Below, piece after piece: positions 26,181-43,740 of a stretch of DNA of 64,000 nucleotides (position 1 is the first letter of the stretch; every line of letters begins with the position of its first letter). The notes below the pieces were generated by a model that was not told the origin of the DNA, ran no database searches, and saw only the letters and a program-made list of their open reading frames with translations. Origin of the DNA: Octopus sinensis (Eukaryota); the NCBI RefSeq assembly GCF_006345805.1, contig NC_043011.1:38390464-38454463 (forward strand). Reading direction: 5' to 3'. Position numbers and translations under genes: made by a program.

Positions 26181-26934
26181 ACACAGCGGTGCGTCAGACA
26201 AAATAGTAGACACACACGTTAAACTCCCGAAGGAAAAAGTGATATGTTACTGAGTAGCTATCAATTTTACAATAGAGCCTTTTAAAATATTGAACTTATT
26301 TAAAGAAGCAACACCAAGAACTATCTTTATAGAACACCAGGTATCCGTGAACGCTTGATTGGAAACAGCTGCTGCAATATATTTAAGCGATGCTTTAGTG
26401 CTCTAGTCCTCGACGCTCCAACAATGGTTTTAATAAGGGTTGAGTTATGAGAACTGGATCAAATAGTACCCAATGCTCTATTATAATTCTATTGCTGCCA
26501 AACTTATTTTCTTTAGAAGTAAGTTATTTACTGAAATGAAAATAGCCTATGGTAAGTTTCATTTCATAAGTCTAGCGTTGGAAGCATTGCTGGAATTATC
26601 GAAAAGTTATAAATTCTACTACTACTGTTACGACAACTTGCTCTCAACAGAAATGTAACTAAATAATCAAGCAGAAACTAAACGTACATATATAGATCTT
26701 TTACCATTGTATAATTATTGCTTTGGAACCAATATCATCTGTGATGTCTATTCTCAGGTGGCATATTTGAATGTAATATCAATAATGGCATAGAGTGCTA
26801 CCGCAGAATAGATGTAAGTTCCAAGTAAAATGTGTCTACATTAACATTGTGATTCCCAGGTGTAGTCGTTTCTCTTCGAATAACAACATAAAGAGCAAAA
26901 ACAACATAAACAACGGTAATAATGATCATTTCAA

Positions 26935-28335
<1,401 letters not shown>

Positions 28336-28415
28336 AGGAGATAACCCGGTGGAATTGAAACATTTCGCCCGGTGTACTAAGAATTCTGCCAGCTCACCGC
28401 CCTAGTAATAATAAC

Positions 28416-28502
<87 letters not shown>

Positions 28503-28503
<1 letters not shown>

Positions 28504-28650
28504 TATAACATGCAGAAAATTGCACTACTTGACACTGCACACATCCTACGCAAAACACTTTCAATACAGTAACCATAAGAGCATCAAATTACAGCACATA
28601 CCCAAGGCACACAGAGCTGCGCTCGGTAGTGAAGCGAAAGGAGGCTATAA
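28503..28650 (+). mobile_element. Short 5'-truncated R4/Dong 3' end directly after (TAA)n
   Basis: Encodes NMQKIALLDTAHILRKTLSIQ*, matching the conserved LQK.ALLGTA.ILRKVL terminus. Confidence 0.75.
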
Positions 28651-28707
28651 AAAGAAGAAGAAGATGAAGAAGAAGAAGAAGAAGAAGAAGAAGAAGAAGA
28701 AGAAGAA

Positions 28708-28740
<33 letters not shown>

Positions 28741-28744
28741 ATGA

Positions 28745-28808
<64 letters not shown>

Positions 28809-30330
28809 CAGACAGAAAAAGAGATGAGTAATTATAATAATAATACAGTCTGATTTGGGTACTAAGTCAGGAATTTTGAGTGGGTATTACTCGATACCAT
28901 CCATCCTGGTATTCAAATAATACTTTGTTCTATCGACGCCGAAAGGATGTAAGGTAAAAACTAGCTTTCACTAATTCTTTTATATGTCAATGTAGATGCG
29001 AACAATCATAGCCACCGTCTTGGCCCTCTCCCGAATAAACTGATTGGAACATAGCTGTTGTTACAAAAGGAGGATGAAGTGTGTGCAGCAGCAGAAGGGT
29101 TGGACTCATTTACAGCCGTGTAGGCGGACGGCAGAAATGCGATCTAAATCGTCTTGCTCATAAAACGTTTCACGTAGCCAAGGAATCGAACCCACGAGCG
29201 TATGGCCGCGAACTCAACACCCTAACCACTAAGACATTAGATATTTATTATCAATAATAACTAACGTCAGTATCCGGTCTTGCCAGCATTTATTAATCTC
29301 TAACAAAAATACAAACCACCTGAATTCACTAACTTTTGGATGTAATATTTTAGACAGCTGCTGGTAACTTGGCTCAACAACATCGATTTACTGAGAACTA
29401 TTACACTCAATCCGTTTAAAAATAGTTCATATTGACTCTCCTAAAAATGCGCAGAAAACTTTTTTTTAAATACAGAACTTAAATACAATTTTTCTCTTAA
29501 ATTTTAAAAATTTTCTGACGAAAGGTATTTTCTTGAAAATACTGTAATAATTTACATAATTACACTAAATTAATTATATTTCTAATCAGTAACTCTTTCC
29601 TATATTTATTGAGCTGCCTTGTAGGCATGGAATATTCTTAGTATTTAGGGGTTTGGGGTGTTTTTATTTTCTTTTTCACTGTTAGGAGCTAAAGCTAAAA
29701 TGATGGAATTTTAACAGTTTCCAATTATCGAAGAGGAAATACAATTACCCGATAGAAAATCTCTCTTTTACTAGATGCATCAGTAAGAGTCATCAGGTAA
29801 AATCTCAAATGCATTGTAACAAAATTGTGTGCTACATCTTGGAACATCCATACGTCCATCTATCCATAAATACATAATATATACATGCATACCTACCTAC
29901 ATATATTATATACATAAGCAACACAAGGAATGCTGGTAGAACATTCCCATCTAAGCATCAGACAAGCTTGGAAGCGATAAGAAAGTGTATATACCGTGAA
30001 AGAGGTAAACGACAGTCTGGATGAATTAGAATTTGCAAAAAGTTATTAGGGTTAGATATTTCACACATCACAAATATAAACAGTAAGTGCAACAGTAAAA
30101 GTGTGCAAGCCTTTTCTTAAGTTTAAAATGTGACATTGATTTTGTCTTATATATTCCAATGATAGAACTTTCGGTCTTTGTTAGGAACCAGCTCCATACT
30201 TAGGGGAAGAATTCAAATACTTAAAAATGGAAGAGTACATACAAGCATACACACATACGTACATGCACTTATGCATGCATACATACATACATACATACAT
30301 ACATACATACATACATACATACATAGGAAA

Positions 30331-30633
30331 GAACTGACACTCCGTCGGCTATAACTAAGAGGTTTCCATTTAATCCGATCAACGGAACAGCCTGCTCGTG
30401 AAATTAACATGAAAGTGGCTGAGTATTTCACGGGCACGTGTACCTCAATGCAGCGTGGAAGAGAATGTAACAAAGCTGACCATTTGCAATGCCGTTACTA
30501 CACGTTTTGGCCAGCTGAATGGACTGGAGCAACGTGAAATGAAGTGTCTTGTTCGAGGACACAACGTGCCGCCGGTAATCTAACTCACAACCGTAAGCAG
30601 AAAATCCCAACCACTAAACCACGCGCCTTCACT
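30331..30633 (-). mobile_element. SINE family B
   Basis: cactccgtcgg..tcaacggaacagcctgctcgtgaaattaac..ggagcaacgtgaaat..aaccactaaaccacgcgcc. Confidence 0.8.
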
Positions 30634-31282
30634 CCGTACTTACAAACATACATAGATAGATACCTATAGAAGTACGTACCCCTGCACGCACATGCATTTA
30701 TATACACACTTTCATTTCTATATACTAAGATGCAAAACGTTTGGAAGAAGTGAGTAAGGTACCAGAAATTCAACTTCTGTGTTTGGTCGATTTCATCATG
30801 TATCCTTACAAGAATAGATAAACATATAACAATCAAGTAATACAAATCCATCCGAATGACCACTCCATTCTCTCAAATTTGGCCCCATCTCTATGGCAAA
30901 AAACATCACGATTATTGCTAAGACCCTTAATCTAGTGAAGGGGTAGCAGCTTGATGCGGCTAAACTATTGATCTGATGACCAAATGTCACAGTAATGTTG
31001 ACTTTGGCTTTCAGGCAAACCTACAGGTTTGATATAAGTTAAGTATTGAGGTTAATGTAAATCATTGTTTTCTCATTGCCAAAATGTGTTTATGTCTCGT
31101 CTAAGTTTGAGATACGTATTATTTCTTGTATTCCACCATAAGGGCCACCATTATATACCAAAAGGAAGAAAAACTGAAGCTAGATGGAGGTTATCTGGTA
31201 ATCCAATGTTTATGTTCTATATATTCCAGCATCTTAGTCTGAATACTAGATTCCTTTTTTTAATATTGCCAACTGGAATTAT

Positions 31283-31480
31283 CGTCAGCACGCTGGGCGA
31301 AATGCTTAGCTGCATTTCGTCTCTCTTTACGTTCTGAGTTCAAATTCCGCTGGGGTCTACTTTGCCATTTATCCTTTCGGGGCCAATAATTTAAGTACCA
31401 GTTGAGTACTGGGTTCGATGTAATCGATTATCTCCCTCCTCCAAATTTCAGGTCTTGGGCCTATAGTAGAAAGGATTATT
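31283..31480 (+). mobile_element. SINE family C
   Basis: gtcagcacgctgggcgaaatgcttag..ctgagttcaaattccgc..aagtaccagttgagtactggg..agtagaaaggattatta. Confidence 0.8.
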
Positions 31481-32388
31481 ACCCACTATAATATTTGCCA
31501 TTCGCGATCCATGTTACAAATATAGGTTAACACAATGCACCAAATGGGGTAGAAGGACGGTGACATTAATGCAACACATTGACTAGAATTTTCCCATTTT
31601 GAGACAGGTGGTGATGCTCATTAACAACACAATGACCAATTCTCCACCTGGAGCCTATTCCTTCACTAGTGCGAGAGCAGACTTATAACTGGTGAAATGC
31701 TGCTTTCCGTGTAGGACCATCACAGTGAGGCGATACTGGAGTGCCCTCTCCAGAATGTTAATACGTGAAACCAGCGGGTGCCCATACTGCAGATCTTCCC
31801 TCTCCATGGTAATGATGTTGTACAAGGGAAGGACAAAGATCAGTGCAGCTAGGCACAATGTTGTCATAGACGTTACTTGAACAACATTGAAAACGACATT
31901 GGACTGCCTTAGCAATCTAAGCTCCGAATTATCCCTCGCGGATTATTCTTGAGAACTTGCGATGAATGGGTATGTCGCAAGGAAAGAAAAGTGTGAAGTC
32001 AAAATTTGCCCTCTCTCAAATGGACCGTCATCCAAAATTGACGAGTTCCGTTAGTCTGAAGTAGTGGTTTTGGTAGATGGAATTCGCCTGTTCAGCTATT
32101 AGTACTTTGTAGTTCCGACGGTTTTTGAAGTTAAGTCACACGAGCAATCCAGTTGTTGGATTTGGTTGTTAGAGCTTGTTTCAGATGTTTGCCATGACTG
32201 GCATTGCTTAGCAGTGGGAGCAAGTTCCAACAATCATTCTTCTGTTTGACTACATTGAAAATATGAAAATGTTTCTTTTATAAACGATATCAGTTGTGTA
32301 AACGAAACAACATACCTTCGAACATGAATTGAAAATGTGGTACAAACATGACTCACTCGCTGGCAAATTATCTGACCGAATTACACAG

Positions 32389-32444
<56 letters not shown>

Positions 32445-32827
32445 TATTATTATTTTGTTTTCTTTCTTTTTTTTTTTTCATTTTCGTACACAATGTCCTA
32501 AATCAACGTTTTAAGCATTATATTTATAGTCTGTTCGATTCAGTTAGTCTTTGGGTTGCCGATTTGAAATGCAATACAAAACCTATCTTTCCAGAAACTA
32601 TGAACAAGATGGACAACTTGTAAATCATTCATGCATTAATGTCAAAACTAACTTTGTTATTGATTCACAATTCTGTAGGGCAATTGAGTTTACTTGTCAA
32701 CTTTTCTTTGCTAAATCAGAAGATATGTTTATGCCATTGAATTTATAGGCTTCTGCAAGTGAAAACCTGCTATTCTGTCACTCTCACATTCTTTCTCTAA
32801 TTATACTATATATATATATATTATATA

Positions 32828-32896
<69 letters not shown>

Positions 32897-33038
32897 TATA
32901 TATATATATATGTATGTATGTATGTATGTATGCATGTATGTATGTATGTATGTATATGTATATGTATATAGATATAGATATAGATATACATATATATATA
33001 TATACATATATATACATATATATATATATATACATACA

Positions 33039-33085
<47 letters not shown>

Positions 33086-33952
33086 CCTCATATATATCAT
33101 TCTCTCCTCTCTCTCTCTCTCTCATTCACTCACTTTTCTCAACGCCGTAATAATACTAACTTACTTCTTATTTTCAGACACTCTGTAGAACAAAAGCAGA
33201 CTTCAACAAAGACGTTCTTTATTTATTTATTTTTTCCTTCCAAACGTACCCCTAATGCACCAGTGATCACTTCTCAGAGCATGCCTAAGATCTTAAGTGG
33301 ACGACTACTTCATAAATTATTCTAATGCAATGCTGCAATGAAAGCTGGTCTTCGTTTACTTTTCCCATTCTTTCGTTCTCTCGTGTTTTCTCGTTCTCTC
33401 GCTCTCTTTTGTTTTTGTTTTCTATTTTATTCTCTCTTTCTATTTGTCTACTTAGACATTTTAAAGCAACATTTTCTGTTGGCACAATTGCAACATAACT
33501 GGCAGTCAACCAATATTAATGAATACAAATGATTGATTGGTATGTGTTTTAATCTCTAGCTGAGTACGGGTCTTTTGTGTGATTATATTAGTTTGGTCTG
33601 GAGGAAGGTGATATGCTCATGACCTTTACAACCCTAAGAGACCAGTTAGATAATTTTCCACAGTTATGTTGATAGATGTAGTAAAATGGCTAAAGACACC
33701 GCACAGTCTGTGGTTATAATTCGTTCTTTTCTTTTTCTAGTTTAAAGTGAGTGAATTTGTTTCAAAGTTAGAGTGATTAACTAAAAGCTTTATAGTGTCT
33801 CATTGTTACATTTATACATGTACTGTTCCCGGATCAATCCCGCTACGTGGCAGCCTGATCATGCGTATTTCACATTAGCCACTGGCCAACCAAGGCGTGG
33901 CGGTTCATAGACAGAAATGGAACGCAGTCCATCGTGTATATATATATATATA

Positions 33953-34001
<49 letters not shown>

Positions 34002-34336
34002 GATAAAATTTAATCGAAAAAATTTTTTTATCAATGGCCAGCATATTAAGAAATACATTTAAAGGTTATAAAAATACCTTTAAAGCTTTATAAGTTATAT
34101 ATATATATAAGTAAATTCTAGCTTTAATTTTCGTCATGAAGAGTTCGATTAAACGAACGAAAGCCGTAATAAAGAATTATCCAAAATTATGACTGCCTCC
34201 TTTTCTGAATATAAATTTCTTTACACCACTTCAAACACACTCTCTAACTCACTCTCTCTCTCTCTCTCTCTCGCTTGCTCGCTCGCTACATATATATATA
34301 TATATAATATATATATATATATGTTTATATATATAT

Positions 34337-34395
<59 letters not shown>

Positions 34396-34708
34396 GGCAC
34401 TCCGTCGGTTAGGAGGAGGAGGGTTACAGTTGATCCGGTCAACGGAACAGCCTGCTCGTAAAAACTAACGCGCAAGTGGCTGAGCACTCTACAGACACGT
34501 GTACCCTTAACGTAGTTCTCAGGGAGATTCAGCGTGACACAAAGTGTCACAAGACCGGCCCTTTGAAATACAAGCACTACTCACTTTTTCCAGTTGCGTC
34601 GAATGGAGCAACGTGAAATAAAGTGTCTTGCTCAAAGACACAACGCGTAGCTGAGAATTGAACCCACGACTTTACGATCGTGAGCCGAATACCCTAACCA
34701 CTAGGCCC
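34396..34708 (-). mobile_element. SINE family B
   Basis: ggcactccgtcggtt..gtgtacccttaacgtagttctc..cctaaccactaggcc. Confidence 0.82.
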
Positions 34709-36018
34709 AAAGTGATCGACCAGATAATCAAATGTTGTTATACGTCGCTAATCACAATACACTTTGCATCGAGTTTTAGCATTCGAATGATACGACACCG
34801 ATAGCAAAGTGTGCAAGCCAACATACTCCTTGATCAGAACGTTAGTTCGTCGCAGTGTTACATATTTACAGCTGAGTGGACGGGATCAGCGTACACTGAA
34901 GTGATTTGCTCGAGAATACAACCCTCTGCTTGGTCTGGGAATCGAACCCAAATCTATCGATCATGAGTGCAACACGTTAATCACTGGGTGTGTGTATGTG
35001 TTTCCCATTACCGTTTCACAGCAGGTGTTCTTTTATGCTTCTGTATCTTAGCGGTTCGGTAAAGGAGATACCATAAGTAGCAGATTTTTTTCCTTTAAAC
35101 AAGCACTGGGCTGGATTTCTTTGACTAAATCCTTCAAGGTGATGTCCTAGCATGGCCGCTGTTTAATTACTGAAACAAGTAAACGATAAAAGCTAGCGAT
35201 TTACTGTCTCATCAGTAGCTTTGTACAATGGTTCATAGCTTCATTTATAGATATGTGCATTCAGTATAGGAATTTAGCAGTCTCGTTGTAGATTTATACA
35301 ATATATTTTCCTCACTTTCATTTATAGATTCGTAAATTCGGTGACGAAATCTCCCTAGATTTATACATTAAATGCTTCATAATTTGTCCTCAGTTGTCAA
35401 CTTAGGTTTGTACACTCCAGTCCTAGTGTACGAAGGAATGAGTGGGACTGGTATGAAAGGAGCGCTTTCTGCCTACGCAAGATGATAGGAGCGCCGAAGC
35501 GAACGTGGACAATGAAGAAAACGAAGACAACATAATTAATTAAAATGACAACCTTAGCTTAATGATTAATTATGATTCCAACAATAGCTTCATAATTAAT
35601 TCTGACCAAGAAAGGTAAGGGACAAATCTCAGCATTGTAAATTAATCATTTATAATTAATTTAACGTCTGGATTTGTTTCCGATGCCAATACCACTTATA
35701 AATTGGTATTAGTATTTATTGTAACTTTCTTGCTTTTTTAAAACTGTAAATACGTTAAAATTTTCGCTTTTCAAGTGCTGAAGAGGCAGGGAAAGGGTGG
35801 AAGTCTCCTGGCGGACAAGTTGTTGATCGAGCTCAGAGATATCGTACCCATTCTCCTTCCCTAATCGCTAGGAAAGAGAGTTTAGCAGTTATACAAAGCA
35901 TCTGATATCTATATATAGAGGAATATCAAAGTATATATGATATGGCATTGTTATTTGAGGTTTCTCTTGAATAAAAACAAAGAATGGTAATAGAATCTAA
36001 AGCGAATCAAACAAGTGG

Positions 36019-36103
<85 letters not shown>

Positions 36104-36393
36104 ATGGAAACCCAAATAAATACGTTTTGTTTAGACTTCAGTCAAATATAAATAAATTGATAATATAAGTGAGTTATGCGCCTGTAGTAGTCTGGATAAA
36201 GATAAACGTTAGAACCATGATGATAAAAATCAATCCACGTCAATATACATACATACATACATACATACACACACGCATACATATATATATATTATATATA
36301 TATATATATATATATCATATATATATATACATATATATATATGCATATATATATACATATTATATACACACACACACACACAACACACAAACA

Positions 36394-36430
<37 letters not shown>

Positions 36431-39184
36431 TATATATATATTATATATATATATAATATATATATATATGATATTATACACGAATTTATGTGTGCGTAGG
36501 ACATTTGATATAATAGAAGGATATGCTGTTTGTGTGAATTTTTTTGGTTTCGAAATACAAACATAAAATATTACGTTATAGATGCACATTGGCAATGTAG
36601 ATATAAAAACCAGAAATCATCGTTTGAAGTCGAGATAAGAGGAATTGAATATATCTGAAAAGTCATTAAATCGATTTCAAGTAATAATATAAAGTGATTA
36701 TTTTTCATTGGCGTTGGCAAATACTAAAGTTGATAATTAAATTAGTGGGCCTTCCTTAATACCTCTACAGATTTACCAGGGATATCTTCTGCCTTAGGAG
36801 GGTATAGTTAAGTAGGCGAACGGTAATATATATGAATTGATGATCCGAAGGAAATGTCTTAAACTTTGCGATATCAACCTACTTGAGACTACCCTGCTTC
36901 TACAAGAAATACTTCTTGTTTTAAAGTGATCTAAAGTAAAACTTCTTATCAAAAGTTGATTCGAATGGGTTTTTTCCGAAATACTAGATTAATAGTGGCT
37001 TTTAAGTTAGGACCAAGGCTAACATATTGAGTGGTGAGGTGTTGTCGATACTTTGGACACCATTCTCGACTGGTACGGTATTGTATCGGTCGCGAATGGA
37101 TGGAAGGCACTCCCCGGCGAGAATTAGACTCAGAACGTTAAAGGTCAGAAGAAATAATCGAAATATCTTTTCAGACGCTCAAACAATTCTGCCAAACGAC
37201 CACCTTACATTCACTTAAAGATGACAAAGATTATGTAATATATTTCACCAATGACATTCATGAGTATAAAGAGCTTATACCAAACATTTTCAATCACGGT
37301 GCCCCGGAAAATATCTATAATTAGTTGGTATGTGCATCGCAGAAAACTAATGGTCCGTGTTTAGTTCCGGAGATGTATTACGGAAATGCTCATGATATTC
37401 AGAGAATTTAACTGAAATATAATTTTATCGTTCCTGGAAGGATGTGATGTAAAGTTGACCCCGGCGGTATATGAACTCAGGAAGTAAAGTAAGTAAGTAA
37501 AAGTATGCCCATGCTCTACTAGTAGAGGCATTCGACGTATTTTCATAGTTAAAAGAACAATATTGAGAGATAATCTGGAATTTTGTCTCTATTCCTCGCA
37601 CTTGAGATACGATATTATTGTTTGCATAAATGAGATCAAAAAGAAACCTAAGCGTTTGAGATTGTTAAACTTCTCAACTTCAAGAAATGTGACAGAAATA
37701 TGATTGAAATCTTCAGACGTCAATAGTTGTCATTCATGTAAACGACGCTGATGCACACAACAGCACTCATAGATTCAAGCCATAGCCATACATCTATGAG
37801 TGGTATGGACAGATAATAACGTACCTTGTTTAAGGCTAACGTTATCAAATGGGACTCAGTCTTATCTTCAAACGGTAATATACCATAATTAGCTTCTCAT
37901 AAATTCTACATGAATTTTCCTTCTGAAATTTCATTCTTTTATCAGTTAACCATCAATTTTTTCCAACAGGATGAATAAAAGTTATCCTTGTATTTAGCAT
38001 CATTTATTTACTAATTTTAACGGTTTCATATTAATTTGAGACCAGCGTCATTAAAACCGTCACTATAGAAAATAAATACAAGAAAAATCTGTACGAATAA
38101 TGATTGTTTTTGGAGTATATGAAAAATATTCCACACTGAATCTTCAAATTTTCTCCTGAAATACTGAATTTTCCCTAATCCAATGAGGGGGACATTTCAC
38201 GAAGTCCAGAAATACAGACAAATGCTTTTACAATCCATTCTATAAGAATTGGCATCTTTCTCTTAAAGAGTATAAGGTAAAGAACTGGACAGACGGTTAC
38301 AAATGGTACTGAATCATTTGTAAAATAATGATACAGATTTGAGTATAAAGACATATGAATTAAAAGAAAAACAGGAATATCGGAAAAGCTTAAGTATACT
38401 AACCAGTAGATTACCCGTATTCTCCACTCACTTCTTGTGATGTTCGACCGTTAAATCTCTAGATTTTGACCTACCTATCCAGAATGAACTCTTATACACA
38501 CTGGGAGTTTATATTCTAATGTCACAGATAAAAGAGAGGAGAATTTAAGTAGTCCATCGCAGGAGTTCATCATGGACAAGTAGTTAAGAAGCTGGAGATT
38601 TCATAGTCGAACACCATAATGAGTGGCGAATGTAGGTAACACTTGACAGCTTCTTCTGGGGTTTGGTGTTCAGTGAGCGAAATAAAAAGTATTTCAAGGC
38701 CGTTACTTGTATATACATACATACATACTACCCTCTGTCTTTTCTCAGATTTGATAAACTAATCTATATAATTAAAACTGGACCCCATCCGTAATTAAAG
38801 CTAAATAACAGAAATAATCAGTGAAAAGCAGTGTCTTTGAAAAATTTCAGATGTTGGTAAAACATGTTCTTTGTCTATCTACTTATCCTCTTGGGGATTT
38901 GGGGTAAAATTATACTAATGTGTCCTTCAAATTTAATTAAATACTATGTTTTTATGCAGCTGAAGATTGCACTACATTTTAAATCGATGAAATGATTTCA
39001 TTGTTCAATTAAATGGAGTCGCATGAAACGATCGTACTGCATTACATCTGGATATCCTTGTTGCTTATTTTAATTGTAATCACCTTATTTTAAATTATAT
39101 GGATAATTACCTTACTAATTTTCTGGTACCTCAACTTAAGTACCATGTTCATCTGAATCTAAATTTTTTACATACATACATACA

Positions 39185-39218
<34 letters not shown>

Positions 39219-39265
39219 GATATATACGCGTATATATACCCAGAGAAAATATAATAATAACTGAT

Positions 39266-39625
39266 AAACAAGATCACTCGGAGGGCGCAAACCTCCGCCT
39301 TGGCAACGCCAACGTCCTCTCAATGATTAGCCAGAGATGATTTTATCTGAAATAAACTCGACTGCTCTCATAAACGAGAATACTAAATGAATCCGACTGC
39401 TCTCAAAAATTAAGTAAGAAAAAAAGCGGGAAAATAATCCAGAATTATTGTCCAATTCCGGATCGATCCCGACATCTAATCACTTCCTGCCAGTCACGAG
39501 ATCAAACATCCCTGAAAGTTTCATCCGAATCCTTCCACAGGTTCTTCAGATATCCTGCCCACGGACAACCGAACAAACGAAACTGAAAAACAATACCTCC
39601 ACCTTCGATAAGGCGGATGTAATAA
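39266..39625. mobile_element. Helentron-associated (HINE-like) non-autonomous element
   Basis: Subterminal inverted repeat acctccgcc (39291) / ggcggatgt (39612); terminal hairpin ccacctt(cgat)aaggcgg; A-rich flanks; class inferred from architecture. Confidence 0.55.
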
Positions 39626-40082
39626 ATAAATGTTATGGTGTTATGTCAGATTACAGGTCTGTTTTCTTTACATTCCAAACGATACTTTACATAAAATTAC
39701 TTTCGGCTGTAATGAGGGCATTTCAACTTAAGTTTGGGAGCTTTATTAAACAGGTTAAATTGATATTTAATATTTCATTCAGTTCATCGCAGCATAACCG
39801 ACAACCATGCCTCTTATTTAAATATCTCCAGAAGATTTCAAACTGTGTATTTCTGTCTCGCAACTGCCACGCCTTTTCAGCTAGGGATGTGACGGCAAGC
39901 TTTGTTGCGATGCTGAAAAGATGAACGATGAGTATGCATATCAGATTTGAAGCTTCGTGATGTGTGCATGTGTGGGCCAACGTGTATATCCGTGTGTGTC
40001 TGTGAGCGAGTGCACGTGAGTGGGGGAAACGTATACCTACGTATATTTGAGTTAAATATAATAGGTTTACAGATTTTGTCCC

Positions 40083-40450
40083 TCGAGGCGCAATGGGAAG
40101 TGGACTCGCGGTCTTAGGATTGCGGTTTCGATTCCCAAACCGGGCGTTGTGAGTGTTTACTGAGCGAAAACATCTAAAGCACCACGAGGCTCCGGCAGGA
40201 GGTGGTGGTGAACCCTGCTGTAATCTTTCATCACAAGTTTCTCTCACTCTTTCTTCCTGTTTCTGTTGTACCTGTTTTTCAAAGGGCCAGCCTTGTCACA
40301 CATTGTGTCACGCTGAATCTCCCCAATAACTCTACGTTAATGGTACACGTGTCTATGGAGTGCTCAGTCACTTGCACGTTAATTTCACGAGCAGGCTGTT
40401 CCGTTCATCGAATCAACAGGAACACTCGTCGTCGTAACCGACGGAGTGCT
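40083..40450 (+). mobile_element. SINE family B
   Basis: ggtttcgattccc B box; gagcgaaaac..aagggccagcc..cgtaaccgacggagtgc. Confidence 0.85.
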
Positions 40451-40986
40451 ATTAAGACAGGTTTTGTCCTGTATTACGTTCGTTCCCAAACACGTAGGTT
40501 TTGAATATTCCAATTATCATGGTGTAGAACATCGAACTTTCCAGAAAGTTATAATTCAATCTACAGAAAGAAAGAAAACTTCGTTTTGAAAATAGGCTTC
40601 ATATGTGCCACACACTTAACTCTTGACCTTTGGCTCAGTTTTCTAAAATTCTGCCGCCGAAAATATAAGTAAACACACACTCTTAACACACATAGTAATG
40701 TGTGTGTATGTGTATTTGTGTGTGTATGTGTATTTGTGTGTGTATATGCATATATACACACACGCACATACACACATATATATATAAATATATGTATATG
40801 TATGTATGTATACACACACACAAAGATTTTGTGGAAATGATAAATTATAAGTGTGCGCGTGTGTGTATGAGAACTTATATTCCTATCGTGAATACAATAT
40901 AATATATATATATATATATATATTATATATAATATATATATAATATATATATATATATTATATACATATATATATATATATATATA

Positions 40987-41024
<38 letters not shown>

Positions 41025-41703
41025 ATATATATGGATACCTATTGATAGACATACTTACATATATATATGTTATATATGTGTGGGTATGAGTGTGTATGTG
41101 TGTAGAATAATTATATATACATGTATGTATATATACATATTTATACTTATATACATATATGCAAGTCTATGAAAGGTTTTTATTGCCATTACCTCAATAT
41201 ATATAAATCGTTATATACATATATATATATACATACATACATACATACATACACACACACACAAATACAAAATACAAAAAAAAATATACAGACAAACAGA
41301 TAAATATACGAATAAATAAATAAAAAAATGAGCCTTCATCGCGCAGGCAAGGGCTGGTAACTGCGTTAAGTAAAGGTGGATGTTAAGGTCGTGTTAATAT
41401 GTAATGACTGTTATCAGAGGCGAAACTGTGGTGCAATTAATAGTCACAGTTAGATGACTTCAGAGACTCAACAGTATTAATAGGTGTAATTTATGTGGCA
41501 AGTTCCTATAACGGCACCGCAAATGTCTTGCATATGCAATGGATACGTGGAGTTTTGGTGGAATATTAATGAATATTAAGCAATATATTTATGCGGGTAC
41601 ATATCTTTACAATACGATGAATTATACATGTATACACACGCATTTGTATATGCATTTATGTGTATATACATATATAAATATACGTTCTATATGTAATATA
41701 TAT

Positions 41704-41738
<35 letters not shown>

Positions 41739-42109
41739 CACAGACACTGAGGCAGGGAAAGAGAGAGTGTGAGGGAGGAGATACATAGATAGATACGTGT
41801 ATATATAGATACAATATACATGTATATGTGGTTATGTGCATGTATGCGCTTTTCTACACATGCACACGCACACATGTATATATATATATATGTATATATA
41901 GATAGATAGAGAGAGAGAGGTGGACAGAGAGAGACATTGTATATATATGAATGGCTGAATACAGAGATACATATGTATGACTCTGTATGTTTGTGTATGT
42001 GAATATGTATGTATTACCTAATAATATACAATTATATTTATATGCATATAATACTATAATAAACACACGCAAACACAATAACACATGTATATTCATATAT
42101 ATATATATT

Positions 42110-42145
<36 letters not shown>

Positions 42146-42272
42146 TATATACACGCATGTGTATATGTATATAAATATATGCATATATACCATTATGCGT
42201 TTGTGTGCATACATATATATATATCTATATAATTGTATGCGTGTGTGTGTGTGATTATTGACAGCGTTATTG

Positions 42273-42317
<45 letters not shown>

Positions 42318-42513
42318 CGTGTGTATGTATGTATGTATATATATATATATATTGCAATATGCTTGCGAATGTATTCGCTTCTGTCTTTCTGTAAACACAC
42401 ACACACACACACATAGACACATAGACACACACACACTACCTCCACAAAGCCGTTCAGACATTCATATGTATATTTCTACACCCTCCCACCCCAGTCCCAC
42501 CCCGCCCCCCACC

Positions 42514-42550
<37 letters not shown>

Positions 42551-42949
42551 CATAAACACAACACTGATCGCGTGAATTTATAAGCCTCTATCTATCTATC
42601 ATCTATCTTCTATTACTATTTGGTAACCTTGTGGGGAAAATTAGTCAAAAGTCGAGGCGAAAAAGTTATGTTTTGCTAATCTCTTCGGAGATTGAAAACT
42701 CGAAATAATAATTCCGGCTGAAATCCCACTCGAGACGTGACACTAATAGCTCACTCTCCAACAAATCCTCGTCTTGCGTATGCATAACTCTATATTTATA
42801 TTCTTCTGATCCTTTCATGTGCTCTTCCTTCTTCTTTTTCCTGCTTTTATTAAAAGCTTAGAGGATATAGCATTTATGCATCTGAATAATAATAACGTAA
42901 GTCTCTTGTAACAGCTAGCGATATGCATACATGAACCGCCATTATTGTT

Positions 42950-43126
42950 CTTGGTGGTGTTGTCGTTGTCGTCGCCGTTTGTCGTTGCTGTTGCTGTTGC
43001 TGTTATTGTAATTGTTCTCGTATATTCTTGTTGCTGCTGCTGCTGCTGATGATGATGACGATGAAGATGGTGATGGTGATGATGATTATGATGATGATGA
43101 TGATGAGGATGGTGATGATGATTATA

Positions 43127-43173
<47 letters not shown>

Positions 43174-43340
43174 AGTGGTGGTGGTGGTGGTGGTGGTGGT
43201 GGTGATGATGGTGATGATGGTGATGATGTTGATGATGATGATGGTGATGGCGATGATGATGATGATGATGATGGTGGTGGTTGTGGTGGTGGTGGTGGTG
43301 GTGATGGTGATGATGTTGATGATGATGATGGTGGTGGTGG

Positions 43341-43374
<34 letters not shown>

Positions 43375-43740
43375 GATGATGATGGTGGTGGTGGTGGTGG
43401 TGGTGGTGGTGGTGGTGGTGGTGATGATGATGATGGTGATGATGATGATGATGATGATGATGGTGACGGTGATGGCGATGATGATGATGATGATGATGGT
43501 GATGGTGGTGGTGGTGATGGTGGTGGTGGTGGTGGTGATGATGATGGTGCTGATGATGATGGTGAAGGTGATCGCGATGATGATGATGATGATGAGGAGG
43601 AGGATGAAGATGTCGATGATGATAATGGTGATGGTGGTGATGATGGTGATGATGATGATGATGGTGATGATGATGGCGATGATGATTATGATGATGATGA
43701 TGATGGTGGTGGTGGTTGTGGTGGCGTCGGTTGTTATTGT
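42950..43740. repeat. Long (GAT)n/(GGT)n trinucleotide array
   Basis: Directly visible; source of the poly-His, poly-Asp/Gly and poly-Met/Val ORFs. Confidence 0.95.

Noticed and set aside
31650-32250. GC-balanced island with short ORFs on both strands
   Set aside because: All frames are interrupted and no motif was recognised; possibly an old TE fragment.
39723-39912. Possible terminal exon on the minus strand (acceptor tcatcttttcag; IATKLAVTSLAEKAWQLRDRNTQFEIFWRYLNKRHG..)
   Set aside because: Good acceptor and an open frame, but no recognisable homology and no supported upstream exon; needs RNA-seq or tBLASTn.
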